64,000 nucleotides of DNA from Sphingomonadales bacterium UBA6157 (GCA_002423025.1 DIUN01000006.1:6903-70902), one strand, 5' to 3'. Counted from the first letter of the stretch, positions 1 to 10,092 are shown. The notes: a model not told the origin generated them from the sequence alone. A program made the numbers and translations.

Positions 1-2
1 TG

Positions 3-2594
3 CGGATGGCCGAGGCCACAGCGGCAGCCGGGTTACAGGCGCTGAGGCAATCCCGGGCATTGCTCGATGCCGAGGCGACAGCGGCGGTGAGCCGGGGGCA
101 AGCGCTGGAGGGGTTGCTGGCCGCCGTGGCGCGGGATGCGGCGCGCGAGGCCTCGCTGGGTGAGGATGCAGCGGCGGCAGAGGCCCGGTTGGGCAGTGAA
201 AGCGCCGGGCTGGCCGAGGCCGTGGCACTGGCCGAGGCAGCGCTGCCGGGGCTGGTGGCTGCGGTGGACACAGCGCTGGTAGGGCAGGGTGCGGCGGAGA
301 GCCAGCTGAGCGGCGCGATGGATGCTCATGCCGCTGCCGCAGCACAGGCGCGCGGCGCGGCGGAGGCTGCCAATGCGGCAGGTGCGCGGTTGGCGCGGGC
401 GGAGGGCGAGGCGCGCGAGCTGGCCGCCCGGCGGGCACGACTGGCTCCGGCGCCAGATACCGCTGGGCTGGCAGCGGCCGTGGAAGCGGCTGCAACAGCG
501 CTGGCCGATAGCGAGGCAGCGCTGGCGGCAGCGGAAGCGGCACGGCCGGCGGCCGAGGGTGCGCGGGCGGAAGCCGCGGCCAGTCACGCCGCGACGCGGG
601 CGACGCTCGCCAGCCTTGCAGCAGAGGCCGAGGCGCTGGCCCGGCGGCTGGCAGCGGACAGCGGCAAGGGCCCGCGCATTGCCGACAAAATCGAAACACA
701 GGCCGGCTATGAGGCGGCGCTGGCGGCAGCGCTGGGAGATGATCTTGAAGCCGGGCCGGCGGACAGCGAGGCGGCGCGGCGCTGGGCCGGGGCGGCAGCG
801 GCCGGCGATGCGGGGCTGCCGGCGGGCGTGTTGCCGTTGGCGGATTTTGTGACCGCACCGCGCGAGTTGGCGCGGCGGCTGGCGCAGATTGGCGTGGTCG
901 AGGCGGGTGCTGCGGCGGCGCTGGCCGGCAGGCTCAAGCCGGGGCAGCGGCTGGTGACGCTGGCCGGAGCGCTGTGGCGCTGGGATGGGTTTATCGATGC
1001 TGGCGGGCGCAACGATGCTGCCGCGGCGCGGCTGCGGGCGCGGCGGCGGGCGGCGGAAGTGGCGCGCGAGCAGGCAGATGCGCAGGCCGGGCAAGATGCA
1101 GCGGCTGCGGCGCTGGCAGCGGCAGTGGCAGCAGCAGGCAAGGCGCAGGAGGCGGAGCGGGCCGCACGTGGCCAGCGGGACCAGACGGCGCGGGCGCTGG
1201 CCGAGGCGCGGGCGCGGCTGGCGGCAGCGGAGACAGCGGCGAGCCGGCGGGCCGGGGAGGAGGCGAGCCTGCTCACCGCCAGCGAGCGCAATGATGCCGA
1301 TGTGGCGCGGCTTAAGGCGGAGGCCGAGGCGGCGCGCGCCGCAGTACCGCAGGCAGGGGCGCTGCAGGGGCTTGCCGAGGCGCTCGCGGCGGCTCGGGTG
1401 GCGGCGGAGAGCGCGCGCGCAGCGGTGGCGCAGGCGCGCGCTGCCGCGGATGCCAAGGGCCGTGAGATCGAGACGGCAAGGCGCCGGCTGGAGGCGATTG
1501 CCGGCGAGCGTGAGGGCTGGCAGCGCCGGCGGGCCGCCAGCGGCACGCAGGCGGCCGAGTTGGAGCGCCGGGCAACCGCCGCGAAGGCAGAGCAGGTTGG
1601 GCTTGAGGAGCGTCGCGAGGCGATCGCTGCGGAGGTTGCCGGCATTGCCACGCGCACGGCAGCAGCCGAAGCCGAGCGCGCCCAGGCCGCAGATGCGCTG
1701 GCGCGGGCCGAGGCTGGGCTTGCAGAGCTGACAGCGCAGGCGCGGGCTGCGGACGAAGCCGTGGCGGCGGCGCGCGAGGCGCGGGCGACGGCGCGGGCCG
1801 AGGCCGAGCACCAGGATGCGGCCCGGCTGGATGTGGAGCGCCTCGCCGGTGAGCGCTTCCAGTGCCCGCCGCCGGTGTTGCCGGGGCGCTTTGGCTTTGC
1901 GCCCGAACCCGGCGATGCGGCGGTGCTGGCGGAAGCCTTTGAGGCTCTGGCCGAAGAACGCGAGCGGCTGGGGCCGGTGAACTTGCGCGCCGATATCGAA
2001 TTGACCGAACTGGAAGGTCAGGCCCAGCTGACAGTAAGCGAAAAGGCCGAGCTGGAAACCGCCATCGCCCGGCTGCGCGGCTCGATCGGCTCGCTCAACC
2101 GGGAGGGCCGGGCGCGGCTCGCGGCGGCGTTCCTGAGTGTTGATGGGCATTTCCGTACGCTGTTCACGGATCTGTTCGGCGGCGGCGAAGCGCGGTTGGC
2201 GCTGATCGAATCAGATGATCCGCTCGAGGCTGGGTTGGAGATCATGGCGCAGCCGCCGGGCAAGAAGCTGCAATCCCTCACGCTTCTCTCGGGTGGTGAG
2301 CAGGCGTTGACCGCAACGGCGCTGATCTTTGCACTGTTCCTTGCCAACCCGGCACCGATCTGCGTGCTCGACGAAGTGGATGCGCCGCTTGATGACGCCA
2401 ATGTCGAGCGATTCTGTGACTTGCTCGACAGGATGGCGGCAGAGACTGCAACCCGCTTCCTGATCGTGACGCACAATGCCGTGACGATGAGCCGGATGCA
2501 CCGGCTCTATGGGGTCACCATGGGCGAACCGGGGGTTTCACAGCTGGTTTCGGTGGACCTGCAGGCTGCCGAACGCTTGCTGGCGGCCGAATAG
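3..2594 (+). CDS. smc: Chromosome segregation protein SMC, C-terminal ~860 aa (5' end lies upstream of the window)
   Basis: Frame is open to base 3. A very long Ala/Glu/Arg coiled coil is followed by ABC signature [18 protein letters not shown] and Walker [17 protein letters not shown]. Confidence 0.9.
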   Translation, partial: RMAEATAAAGLQALRQSRALLDAEATAAVSRGQALEGLLAAVARDAAREASLGEDAAAAEARLGSESAGLAEAVALAEAALPGLVAAVDTALVGQGAAESQLSGAMDAHAAAAAQARGAAEAANAAGARLARAEGEARELAARRARLAPAPDTAGLAAAVEAAATALADSEAALAAAEAARPAAEGARAEAAASHAATRATLASLAAEAEALARRLAADSGKGPRIADKIETQAGYEAALAAALGDDLEAGPADSEAARRWAGAAAAGDAGLPAGVLPLADFVTAPRELARRLAQIGVVEAGAAAALAGRLKPGQRLVTLAGALWRWDGFIDAGGRNDAAAARLRARRRAAEVAREQADAQAGQDAAAAALAAAVAAAGKAQEAERAARGQRDQTARALAEARARLAAAETAASRRAGEEASLLTASERNDADVARLKAEAEAARAAVPQAGALQGLAEALAAARVAAESARAAVAQARAAADAKGREIETARRRLEAIAGEREGWQRRRAASGTQAAELERRATAAKAEQVGLEERREAIAAEVAGIATRTAAAEAERAQAADALARAEAGLAELTAQARAADEAVAAAREARATARAEAEHQDAARLDVERLAGERFQCPPPVLPGRFGFAPEPGDAAVLAEAFEALAEERERLGPVNLRADIELTELEGQAQLTVSEKAELETAIARLRGSIGSLNREGRARLAAAFLSVDGHFRTLFTDLFGGGEARLALIESDDPLEAGLEIMAQPPGKKLQSLTLLSGGEQALTATALIFALFLANPAPICVLDEVDAPLDDANVERFCDLLDRMAAETATRFLIVTHNAVTMSRMHRLYGVTMGEPGVSQLVSVDLQAAERLLAAE

Positions 2595-2653
2595 GGTTCA
2601 CCCCTCATTCAATAGCGACGGCGCAAATTCTCTCGAGTGTTAGGAGAGTAGCC

Positions 2654-3142
2654 ATGTTGCGTACCACGATGTTCAAGCTCGGATTGATCGGCATTTCAGC
2701 GCTGGCGCTCGGCGCCTGTGCGGACCGCTATGGCGGGAACTACGGCTATGCGCCGGGCTATGGCGGCGGTGGCGGCGGCTATTACGACGCGGGCTATGAC
2801 CAGTATTATGGTGATCCCTATGGCTTCCGCTCGGTGCCCTATGGCTATATCGGCGCCGGCTTCGGCTGGTCCGGCAGCTATTATTATCCGGGTACGGGCG
2901 TCTATGTTTACGATCGCCGTGGCCAGCGCCGGAGCTGGAACAACCGCCAGCGCAGTTATTGGCAGAGCCAGGCACCGCGGCGCCCGGTGATCGGCCGGGC
3001 GATTGGCGGCGCGATCATCCAGCAGCCGCGCGCCCAGCAGCCGCGTTACGAGCGGCAGCAGCCACGTCAGCGCCAGCAGGTCGAGCGCCAGCGTGACCGG
3101 CGGGATGATTCCCGGCGGGAGCGCGACCGTCGGCGTGACTGA
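2654..3142 (+). CDS. Putative lipoprotein with a Gly/Tyr-rich core and an Arg/Gln/Asp-rich tail
   Basis: Signal peptide with lipobox LALGAC. Low-complexity GYGGGGGGYYDAGYDQYYGDPYG core. Sits in the gap between smc and the atp operon. No family recognised. Confidence 0.55.
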   Translation: MLRTTMFKLGLIGISALALGACADRYGGNYGYAPGYGGGGGGYYDAGYDQYYGDPYGFRSVPYGYIGAGFGWSGSYYYPGTGVYVYDRRGQRRSWNNRQRSYWQSQAPRRPVIGRAIGGAIIQQPRAQQPRYERQQPRQRQQVERQRDRRDDSRRERDRRRD

Positions 3143-3265
3143 ATCGCCCGCCTGAGGGACGAATCCGCTCAACAATAAGGGCCTATTCGGGCGCATATTG
3201 CGCTTTGGCCGGGAGCGCAGCGCGCTTCCGGCCATGTTGCGATGCAAAATGACAGTCCCGCGTGG

Positions 3266-3294
3266 TTGACAGCTAGCCCCCCCATGGATAGACG
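3266..3294 (+). promoter_or_regulatory. Possible sigma-70-type promoter for the atp operon (TTGACA-N17-TAGACG)
   Basis: Perfect -35 TTGACA at 3266-3271, a 17-nt spacer and a weak -10 at 3289-3294, upstream of the AtpI-like ORF. Confidence 0.25.
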
Positions 3295-3306
3295 CCGCGC
3301 CAAGCT

Positions 3307-3687
3307 TTGGTGGCTTGGCTGCCAAGGGCTCACGGAGTGTTTCGAGGCCTTGTTTTCGGCACGGTAGCGAAACGTCCGGTTTTTCGTTCTAGGGGTTCGC
3401 CCGTCTTGGCTGATGATCGCCAGCATGATGATGCGCTAGCGCGCCGCATCGCTGCCGCGCGCGCTGCCGAGGCATCGGCCCGCGATGGCAAGAAGCGTGA
3501 AGAAAGCGCTGGCTGGTCAATTGCGGTCGAGTTTGTGGGTGCCATGCTGGTGGGGGGACTCATCGGCTGGTTTATCGACAAGCAGGCGGGAACCGGCCCC
3601 TGGGGCTTGATTGCGTTGTTGTTGCTGGGGTTTGCGACGGGCTTGCGCTCGGTGCTGCGCCAACAGAAAAAGATCGACGGGAAGTAA
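3307..3687 (+). CDS. AtpI/AtpZ-like ATP synthase protein I (start uncertain; may be an internal TTG near 3406)
   Basis: Small protein with two C-terminal hydrophobic helices (WSIAVEFVGAMLVGGLIGWFI, WGLIALLLLGFATGL), immediately upstream of atpB as in alphaproteobacterial F0 operons. Confidence 0.6.
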   Translation: MVAWLPRAHGVFRGLVFGTVAKRPVFRSRGSPVLADDRQHDDALARRIAAARAAEASARDGKKREESAGWSIAVEFVGAMLVGGLIGWFIDKQAGTGPWGLIALLLLGFATGLRSVLRQQKKIDGK

Positions 3688-3691
3688 CGCC

Positions 3692-4441
3692 ATGGCCAAC
3701 CCGATGGAGCAGTTCCAGATCGAAAAGATCGTCCCCTTGGACGTGGCCGGCTATGATTTTTCGTTCACCAACTCCTCGCTCTGGATGCTGATTGCCGTTG
3801 GTGCAGTCGCGCTGTTCCTGTTCATCGGCACCGCCAAGCCGCAGCTCGTTCCGGGCCGCGCGCAGGCCGCCGTGGAATATCTCTATGAATTCATACGCGA
3901 CATGTTGCGTGAGAACGTCGGCAAGGAAGGGCTGCGCTATGCGCCCCTGATCTTCGCACTCTTCATCTTCGTGCTGGCTTGCAACCTGCTCGGCATGATC
4001 CCGTTCATCGGCGCCTTTACGCCCACCAGCCATATCGCTGTCACCTTTGGTCTTGCCGCCATCGTGTTCGTACTGGTGGTGATCGTGGGCTTTGCGCGCC
4101 ATGGCCTGCATTTCTTCACGCTGTTCCTGCCGGAAGGCACGCCGATTTTCGTGCTGCCGCTGGTCGCCGCGATCGAGTTCCTGTCCTTCCTCTCGCGGCC
4201 GTTCACTCTCGCCATCCGGCTTTTCGCCAACATGACTGCGGGCCATGTGCTGCTCAAGGTGTTCGGTGGATTTGTGGTGGCCCTCGGCTCGTTTGAGGCG
4301 CTGCCCTATGTGTTCGGCATCATCCCGCTCGGCGTCAACGTGGCGCTCACAGCGCTCGAACTGCTGATCGCGGTTGTGCAGGCCTATGTGTTCGCACTGC
4401 TCGCTTCGATTTACCTGAACGACGCAGTCAATCTTCACTAA
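3692..4441 (+). CDS. atpB: F0F1 ATP synthase subunit a
   Basis: MANPMEQFQIEKIVPL start (ATG at 3692, internal to ORF 3611..4441). Conserved LSRPFTLAIRLFANMTAGHVLL motif. Confidence 0.95.
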   Translation: MANPMEQFQIEKIVPLDVAGYDFSFTNSSLWMLIAVGAVALFLFIGTAKPQLVPGRAQAAVEYLYEFIRDMLRENVGKEGLRYAPLIFALFIFVLACNLLGMIPFIGAFTPTSHIAVTFGLAAIVFVLVVIVGFARHGLHFFTLFLPEGTPIFVLPLVAAIEFLSFLSRPFTLAIRLFANMTAGHVLLKVFGGFVVALGSFEALPYVFGIIPLGVNVALTALELLIAVVQAYVFALLASIYLNDAVNLH

Positions 4442-4487
4442 TCACTTCAGCAATCATGCATAACTGGTTTTAACGGAAGGACTTCTA

Positions 4488-4712
4488 ATGGATCTCGCTG
4501 CTGCAAAGCTCATCGGTGCTGGCCTTGCTGCCATGGGTGCTGGTTTCGCCGCCATCGGCGTCGGCCTCATCTTTGGCATGTTCCTCCAGGGCGCGCTGCG
4601 CAACCCGGCTGCTGCTGACAAGCTCGGCGCCCGCCTGATCTTCGGCTTCGCCGTGACTGAGGCCCTCGGCCTTATCGCTGCGGTGGTCGCGCTCGCCCTC
4701 GCCTTCGGCTGA
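4488..4712 (+). CDS. atpE: F0F1 ATP synthase subunit c
   Basis: 74-aa two-helix proteolipid with GxGxGxG-type helix (GAGLAAMGAGFAAIGVG) and the carboxylate helix FAVTEALGL. Confidence 0.95.
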   Translation: MDLAAAKLIGAGLAAMGAGFAAIGVGLIFGMFLQGALRNPAAADKLGARLIFGFAVTEALGLIAAVVALALAFG

Positions 4713-4723
4713 GGTAGAGCTCC

Positions 4724-5209
4724 GTGCCGCAGTTCGACCCCGCCAATTTCATCCCCCAGCTCGTATGGCTGGCGGCGATCTTTGCCGTGCTCTACTTCTT
4801 CGTGGTGCGTCCGACCTTGCCAAAGGTCGGACGGGTCATCGATGCGCGTGAGGGCAAGGTTGCGGGTGACCTCGATGCGGCCGAATCGGCAAAAGGCGAA
4901 GCTGATGCGATTCGCACCCGCTACGACGAAGGCATGGACGCTGCCCGCAAGGCAGCCCAGGCCGAAGTCGCAGCGGCTCGCGAGGCAGCGGCCCGTGCTT
5001 CTGAAGTGCGGCTGAAGTCGCTTGCCGGCGTTCTTGACGGCAAGGCGACGGAAGCTGCCGAGCGGTTGGCCGGAGCCTGTGCTTCGGCCAAGGCGTCTCT
5101 TACTGCCACGGCAGCGGAACTGACTGGCGAGGCCGTGCAGCGGCTGGCCGGAATCGATGTGCCGCGCGCAGAGATTGAAGCGGCGCTGGCGGCGCAGGAC
5201 CGGGGTTAA
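4724..5209 (+). CDS. F0F1 ATP synthase subunit b' (second b-type stator subunit)
   Basis: N-terminal TM (FIPQLVWLAAIFAVLYFFV) followed by a long Ala/Glu-rich helix. Positioned between atpE and atpF. Confidence 0.85.
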   Translation: MPQFDPANFIPQLVWLAAIFAVLYFFVVRPTLPKVGRVIDAREGKVAGDLDAAESAKGEADAIRTRYDEGMDAARKAAQAEVAAAREAAARASEVRLKSLAGVLDGKATEAAERLAGACASAKASLTATAAELTGEAVQRLAGIDVPRAEIEAALAAQDRG

Positions 5210-5212
5210 GAC

Positions 5213-5821
5213 ATGGCTGACGTGGTTTCTTCCCCCGCCGTGGCACAGGCCGAAGGCTTTGCCGATCCGGGCCTTGCGCCCCAGGCGCATACCGAGGTGG
5301 CTGGCGAAGCACATCATGCCGAGGAAACGCTCCTCGGCTTGGGTGCCGAGACCTATGTCTACATCTCGATCTCGATCTTCTTCTTTCTCGCAATCGTGCT
5401 CGGCAAGCTGCCGGCCCGTATCGCTGCAGCGCTGGACGATCGTATCGCCGGCGTGAAGCGTCAGCTTGATGAGGCCAAGACCATCCGCGCCGAAGCTGAG
5501 GCACTGCTTGCCGAGGCCAATGCCCGCCGCGACGCTGCCACCAAGGATGCCGAGGCGATTGTCTCGCGCGCCAAGGCAGAAGCTGCCGAACTCGTGGCCG
5601 AAAGCGAAGCTGCCGCCGCCATGACCATCGAGCGTCGTACCGCCGCTGCAGAAGCCAAGATTGCTGCTGCCGAGCGCATTGCCGAGGCTGAACTGCGGGC
5701 TGAAGTTGCCAAGCGCGTGACGGCTGCTGCCGGTGCACTGATTGCTGCTAATGCAGACAAGGCTCTGCAGGCCAAGCTCACCGACGATGCAATCGCCGGC
5801 CTTGAGCGCCAGCTGCATTGA
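5213..5821 (+). CDS. atpF: F0F1 ATP synthase subunit b
   Basis: TM segment (YVYISISIFFFLAIVLG) followed by an Ala/Glu/Arg helical stator domain. Last gene of the F0 cluster. Confidence 0.85.
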   Translation: MADVVSSPAVAQAEGFADPGLAPQAHTEVAGEAHHAEETLLGLGAETYVYISISIFFFLAIVLGKLPARIAAALDDRIAGVKRQLDEAKTIRAEAEALLAEANARRDAATKDAEAIVSRAKAEAAELVAESEAAAAMTIERRTAAAEAKIAAAERIAEAELRAEVAKRVTAAAGALIAANADKALQAKLTDDAIAGLERQLH

Positions 5822-5988
5822 TGGTGCCGGGGCGATGCGCCCCAAGATTGTGGAACGGGGCGTTGCGTGATAATGGCCCGACCACGATGATGTTGCATAT
5901 TCCGATGAGCCGACGAGGCTGATGCTTGAGCCGCCAGAAGGGCGGCCGGTGTCTTGCTGTGGTTCTCTGACGGAAAAGTGCTCCTCCC

Positions 5989-6504
5989 TTGATAAAAATC
6001 CTCCCCGCGCAGGCGGCTGACCTGCCTGAAATCGATCTCCTGCTGGATGCGGGCTTCGGTCCTGCACGTCGCGGGCGTACTGCCTACAAGCTGCGCGCTG
6101 GCGTGGCGCCTGACCCTGCGCTGAGCTTCGTGGCACGTGAGGGCGCAGCGCTGGTCGGCTCGGTGCAGTGCTGGCCCCTGCAACTGCGCAGTGCCTCTGG
6201 AGCGGTTTTTCCGCTCACGCTTGTCGGGCCTGTGGTGGCGGCTGCGGATCGGCAGGGGCAGGGCATCGGCACAGCACTGATGCAGGCCTCTCTGGCCGCG
6301 ATCGATGCGTTGGGCCGTGGGCCAGCGCTGCTTATCGGCGACGCGGAGTATTATGGTCGCTTTGGCTTTTCGGCGGCCGCGACGGCTGGCTGGCAGGTGC
6401 CAGGGCCGGTCGAGCGCGCGCGGCTGCTGGTACGCGGCGAGGCGGTGGGCTTGCCGGCGTCGGGCTGGCTGGAGCCGTCTGCGGGAGCGCGCGCAGCGGC
6501 CTGA
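5989..6504 (+). CDS. GNAT family N-acetyltransferase
   Basis: Acetyl-CoA binding motif RQGQGIGTALM and C-terminal YYGRFGF, typical of YhbS-like GNATs. Confidence 0.8.
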   Translation: MIKILPAQAADLPEIDLLLDAGFGPARRGRTAYKLRAGVAPDPALSFVAREGAALVGSVQCWPLQLRSASGAVFPLTLVGPVVAAADRQGQGIGTALMQASLAAIDALGRGPALLIGDAEYYGRFGFSAAATAGWQVPGPVERARLLVRGEAVGLPASGWLEPSAGARAAA

Positions 6505-6605
6505 ACTTCGAGCATTGGGTTCTCTGTGTTAGCCGGCGTGTCTCACCCTATGCGGGCATATGGCCGCTGGCGTTGCGCCAGCACGGCTTGTGGCTATGAA
6601 GGGGC

Positions 6606-7196
6606 ATGAGCAACGAGCATTCCTCAGGGCGCGACGGTGTGCGCGATTCGGCGGGACGGTCCCCCGGCGAGTTGGCGGCGCTGCTGGCCAAAAAGTCCTT
6701 GCCGCCGGTGCATCTGTGGAACCCTGAGCGCTGCGGGGATAGCGAGATGCGCATCGCGGCTGATGGTACCTGGTTCCACCAGGGCTCGCCGATCGGGCGG
6801 CGTGAACTGGTCAAGCTGTTCTCCACCATCCTGCGCCGCGAGCCTGATGGCAGCTTCGTGCTGGTGACGCCGGTGGAAAAGCTCGACATTTCTGTGGACG
6901 ATGCACCCTTTGTTGCTGTCGAGGTGACAAGCAGTGGCGAGGGCCGGGAGCGCAATCTCGTGTTCCGTCTCAACACCGATGAACTGGTTGCGGCTGGCCC
7001 CGAGGCACGGCTGCGGGTGGAGACGGCGCCGGATGGCACGCCGCGGCCCTATGTTCACGTCCGTGCCGGCCTTGAGGCGCTGATCAACCGTTCTGTGTTC
7101 TACGAACTTGCCGATATCGCGCTGGCCGAAGGTGCGTCGCCGCCGGGGCTGTGGAGTGGCGGGCTGTTCTTTCCGTTCATGCCTGAGGCTGGTTGA
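6606..7196 (+). CDS. DUF1285 domain protein
   Basis: Motif PPVHLWNPERCGDSEMRIAADGTWFHQGSPI. Conserved alphaproteobacterial synteny DUF1285 - CoA pyrophosphatase - CCA enzyme. Confidence 0.8.
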   Translation: MSNEHSSGRDGVRDSAGRSPGELAALLAKKSLPPVHLWNPERCGDSEMRIAADGTWFHQGSPIGRRELVKLFSTILRREPDGSFVLVTPVEKLDISVDDAPFVAVEVTSSGEGRERNLVFRLNTDELVAAGPEARLRVETAPDGTPRPYVHVRAGLEALINRSVFYELADIALAEGASPPGLWSGGLFFPFMPEAG

Positions 7197-7801
7197 TGGA
7201 CCCGGCACGGCTGCGCGCGGCGCTGGCACGCGAAGGCCCCGGTGGCCTCAGGAGCAGCTTGCGCGGAGATTGGGAGGTGACCCCCGGCGAGGCGCTGGTG
7301 ACGACGCGGGTGCTGACCCCAGCTGCCGTGCTGATTGCGCTGACGCATGAGCCAGAGCCGCAGCTGCTGCTGACCAAGCGCCCCGCCCATATGAACCGCC
7401 ATGCCGGGCAGATTGCCTTTCCCGGTGGCCGAGTGGACCCGGAGGACGAAAGCCACATTGCTGCAGCGCTTCGCGAGGCTGAAGAGGAGGTCGCGCTGGG
7501 CCGCGAGCATGTCGATGTGCTCGGCACGCTCGATCAGTATGAAACCGGCACCGGCTTCTCGATTCTGCCGGTAGTGGGGCTGGTGCCGCCAGGGCTGGTG
7601 CTGACGCCCGCTGCGGCGGAAGTGGCCGAGCTTTTTCATGTGCCATTCGCGCATGTCATCGATCCGGCCAATCACGAGCGGCGCATTGGCGAATGGCAGG
7701 GCAAGGCCCGTGAATTCTACGTCATCCGTCATGGGGACCGCGAAATCTGGGGCGCGACGGCGGCGATGATCGTCAATCTCTCTCGCCGGCTTGGCCTGTG
7801 A
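7193..7801 (+). CDS. CoA pyrophosphatase (Nudix hydrolase)
   Basis: Nudix box GGRVDPEDESHIAAALREAEEEVAL. 4-nt overlap with the preceding gene. Confidence 0.85.
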   Translation: MMDPARLRAALAREGPGGLRSSLRGDWEVTPGEALVTTRVLTPAAVLIALTHEPEPQLLLTKRPAHMNRHAGQIAFPGGRVDPEDESHIAAALREAEEEVALGREHVDVLGTLDQYETGTGFSILPVVGLVPPGLVLTPAAAEVAELFHVPFAHVIDPANHERRIGEWQGKAREFYVIRHGDREIWGATAAMIVNLSRRLGL

Positions 7802-8979
7802 CGCGGCTGAAGCTCCCGGCCTGGGTGGCCAGTCCAGACGGTGCGGCGCTGCTGGCGGCTCTGGCGGCTGACGCGGGCGAGAGCCGGTTGGTGGGCGGCA
7901 TCGTGCGCGATTCACTGCGCGGCGTCGGCTCGGCGGATATCGATATCGCAACACGGCTCAGGCCCGATGTGGTGATGGCGCGGCTCAAGGCAGCAGGATT
8001 GAAGGCCATTCCGACCGGGCTTTCGCATGGTACTGTTACGGCGGTTGCAGGCGCGCTGGTGGCCGAGGTGACAACGCTGCGGCATGATGTGGCGACTGAT
8101 GGTCGGCGCGCAGAAGTGGAGTTCACCGATGATTGGCAGGCCGATGCCAGTCGCCGGGATTTCACCATCAACGCGCTTTACGCTAGCCTCATCGACGGCA
8201 AGATCAGCGACTATTTCGGTGGGCTGGACGATCTGGCGGCGCAGCGTGTTCGCTTCATCGGTGCGCCATTGCAGCGAATTGCCGAGGACCATCTGCGCAT
8301 CCTGCGCTTCTTTCGCTTTTCGGCACGTTTTGCCGAGGCCGTGGATGCCGAAGGGCTGGCGGCCTGTGCGGCGCGGGCAAATGATCTGATGGCGCTGTCT
8401 CGCGAGCGGATCGCCATCGAACTGCGCGGGCTACTGGCAGTGGCGAATCCGCTGCCAATGCTGGAGCTGATGCTGGCGAACGGCATCTGGAAGCCGGTGC
8501 TGCCGGAGTTCACGCCTGAGCGTTTGCCTGTGCTAGCGCGGACAATCGAGGCGGAATCCGCATCAGGCCTGTCCCCAGCGTGGCAACGGCGACTGGCGGC
8601 GCTGCTGCCGCCCGACAAGGCAGCGGCGGAAACCGTGGCGGCGCGGCTGCGGCTGGCCAATGCCGACAAGACGCGGATCGGGCTGGCGGCCGTGGCGTTT
8701 ACCGGCGGCGCGTTGCTGCCGCAGGCTTGGACGCTCGGAGCTGAAGCGCTGGCTGACCGGCTGCTGATAGCCGGCGACGCGGCCGGCGCTCGGCAGGTGG
8801 CGGCCTGGCAGCGGCCGCGCCTGCCAGTGTCCGGTCGTGACTTGCTGGCGCGCGGGCTGGCGCCGGGGCCGCAGGTGGCGGCGCGGCTGGGTGATTTCGA
8901 ACGCGCCTGGGTGGCGGCAGGGTTCCCGATGGATGAGGCGGCCGTGACGGCGTTGCTTGATACTGTGCTGGCGCATTAG
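7798..8979 (+). CDS. cca: CCA tRNA nucleotidyltransferase (poly(A) polymerase head-domain family)
   Basis: VGGIVRDSLRGVGSADIDIAT nucleotidyltransferase motif and RRDFTINALY motif. Confidence 0.85.
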   Translation: MTRLKLPAWVASPDGAALLAALAADAGESRLVGGIVRDSLRGVGSADIDIATRLRPDVVMARLKAAGLKAIPTGLSHGTVTAVAGALVAEVTTLRHDVATDGRRAEVEFTDDWQADASRRDFTINALYASLIDGKISDYFGGLDDLAAQRVRFIGAPLQRIAEDHLRILRFFRFSARFAEAVDAEGLAACAARANDLMALSRERIAIELRGLLAVANPLPMLELMLANGIWKPVLPEFTPERLPVLARTIEAESASGLSPAWQRRLAALLPPDKAAAETVAARLRLANADKTRIGLAAVAFTGGALLPQAWTLGAEALADRLLIAGDAAGARQVAAWQRPRLPVSGRDLLARGLAPGPQVAARLGDFERAWVAAGFPMDEAAVTALLDTVLAH

Positions 8980-9173
8980 CCTAGCCCAGCAGGCGGCCGC
9001 CCCCTGCGAGGGGTTTCGCTCACCGGCACCTTCACGCCACGCCTTGCCAGCGCCTCGCGCAGCAGCACCTCGATCTCGGCGTTGAGGCTGCGCAGATCAG
9101 CAGCGGCGGCGCGGGCGAGAGCGTCGTGCAGCGCCGGATCGAGGCGCAGTGGGAAGGGCTTCTTTTGCGCCAC
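8976..9173 (-). CDS. Arc/MetJ-type ribbon-helix-helix DNA-binding protein (65 aa from an internal GTG)
   Basis: KKPFPLRLDPALHDALARAAAADLRSLNAEIEVLLREAL is a typical RHH fold signature. The GTG at 9173 lies 2 nt after the SPFH stop, whereas the longer ORF 8976..9266 would overlap the SPFH gene. Confidence 0.6.
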   Translation of the reverse strand: MAQKKPFPLRLDPALHDALARAAAADLRSLNAEIEVLLREALARRGVKVPVSETPRRGRPPAGLG

Positions 9174-9177
9174 GGGC

Positions 9178-10071
9178 CTATTGGTAGAGCCCGCCAGCGT
9201 TGACCACTGGCTGGGTTTCGCGCTCGCCGCACAGCACAACAAGCAGGTTAGACACCATGGCGGCACGGCGCTCGTCGTCCAGATGCACCACCTTGCGTTC
9301 GCTCAGCATGTTGAGCGCCATTTCCACCATGCCGACAGCGCCGGTAACAAGCGTTTCCCGCGCCGCCACCACGGCGGCGGCCTGCTGGCGACGCAGCATG
9401 GCGCCAGCGATTTCGGGCGCATAGGCGAGGTGCGTGAAGCCGCATTCGTCCACGGTGATGCCGGCGACGGCGAGCCGGGCAATCAACTCGGTGCGGAGTT
9501 CGGCACTCACCCGCTCATGATCGCCGCGCAGGGTAACTTCCTTGTGCTCGAAATCATCATAGGGGTAGCGCGCGCCGATGGTGCGGACTGCAGCCTCGAT
9601 CTGGGCGGTGACGAAGCTGCCATAATCATCAACATCGAACAGCGCTTGTGCCGAATCGGTGACGCGCCACACCACTTGCGCCGCCATCTCGATCGGGTTG
9701 CCACGCAGGTCGTTCACCTTGATCATCTGCGAGATGAGGTTGTGGGAGCGTAGGCTGATCTTCTGCTTGGCCATCCAGGGCCAGGTCCAGCGCAGGCCAG
9801 GGGTGCGGTCCGTACCGCGATAATCCCCGAACAGCGTGATGGCGGCGCCCTCATTGGGCTGCACCTTGTAGAATCCGGCAGCGAGAAGCAGCGAGACCAG
9901 CATGGCACCCGAGGCGATGAGCGCCATCGTGCCGCCGCCCTCGGGGATGCTCAGCGCAGAGACGATGCCGAACAGCACCGTGACAGCGAACAGTGTGAGC
10001 ACGACAAAGCCCGAACTTCCAGCGCCGGAAATCTCGCGGCTGGTGCGAACCGGCAATGCTTCTGCGGTCAT
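9178..10071 (-). CDS. SPFH/Band 7 domain membrane protein
   Basis: Two N-terminal TM helices followed by an SPFH core ([20 protein letters not shown] ... [16 protein letters not shown] ... [15 protein letters not shown]). Confidence 0.9.
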   Translation of the reverse strand: MTAEALPVRTSREISGAGSSGFVVLTLFAVTVLFGIVSALSIPEGGGTMALIASGAMLVSLLLAAGFYKVQPNEGAAITLFGDYRGTDRTPGLRWTWPWMAKQKISLRSHNLISQMIKVNDLRGNPIEMAAQVVWRVTDSAQALFDVDDYGSFVTAQIEAAVRTIGARYPYDDFEHKEVTLRGDHERVSAELRTELIARLAVAGITVDECGFTHLAYAPEIAGAMLRRQQAAAVVAARETLVTGAVGMVEMALNMLSERKVVHLDDERRAAMVSNLLVVLCGERETQPVVNAGGLYQ

Positions 10072-10092
10072 GGCTTTGGCTCCCTAAAAACA

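Noticed and set aside
33-2150. Very long antisense or alternative-frame ORFs opposite real genes. Examples: 33..2150(-) 705 aa, 4454..6136(-) 560 aa, 16069..17514(-) 481 aa, 38910..40160(+) 416 aa, 40363..41745(-) 460 aa, 55029..56315(-) 428 aa, 10856..11800(+), 32915..33910(-).
   Set aside because: All are Arg/Pro/Gly/Ala/Cys-rich with no recognisable motif. Each lies opposite or out of frame with a gene that carries strong family signatures. These are typical stop-poor shadow frames of GC-rich DNA.
8976-9173. The RHH protein read as the antitoxin of a toxin-antitoxin pair.
   Set aside because: No small toxin-like ORF (ParE, RelE, PIN, HicA and similar) is adjacent. The neighbours are the SPFH gene and the convergent cca, so an autoregulator role is the more economical reading.
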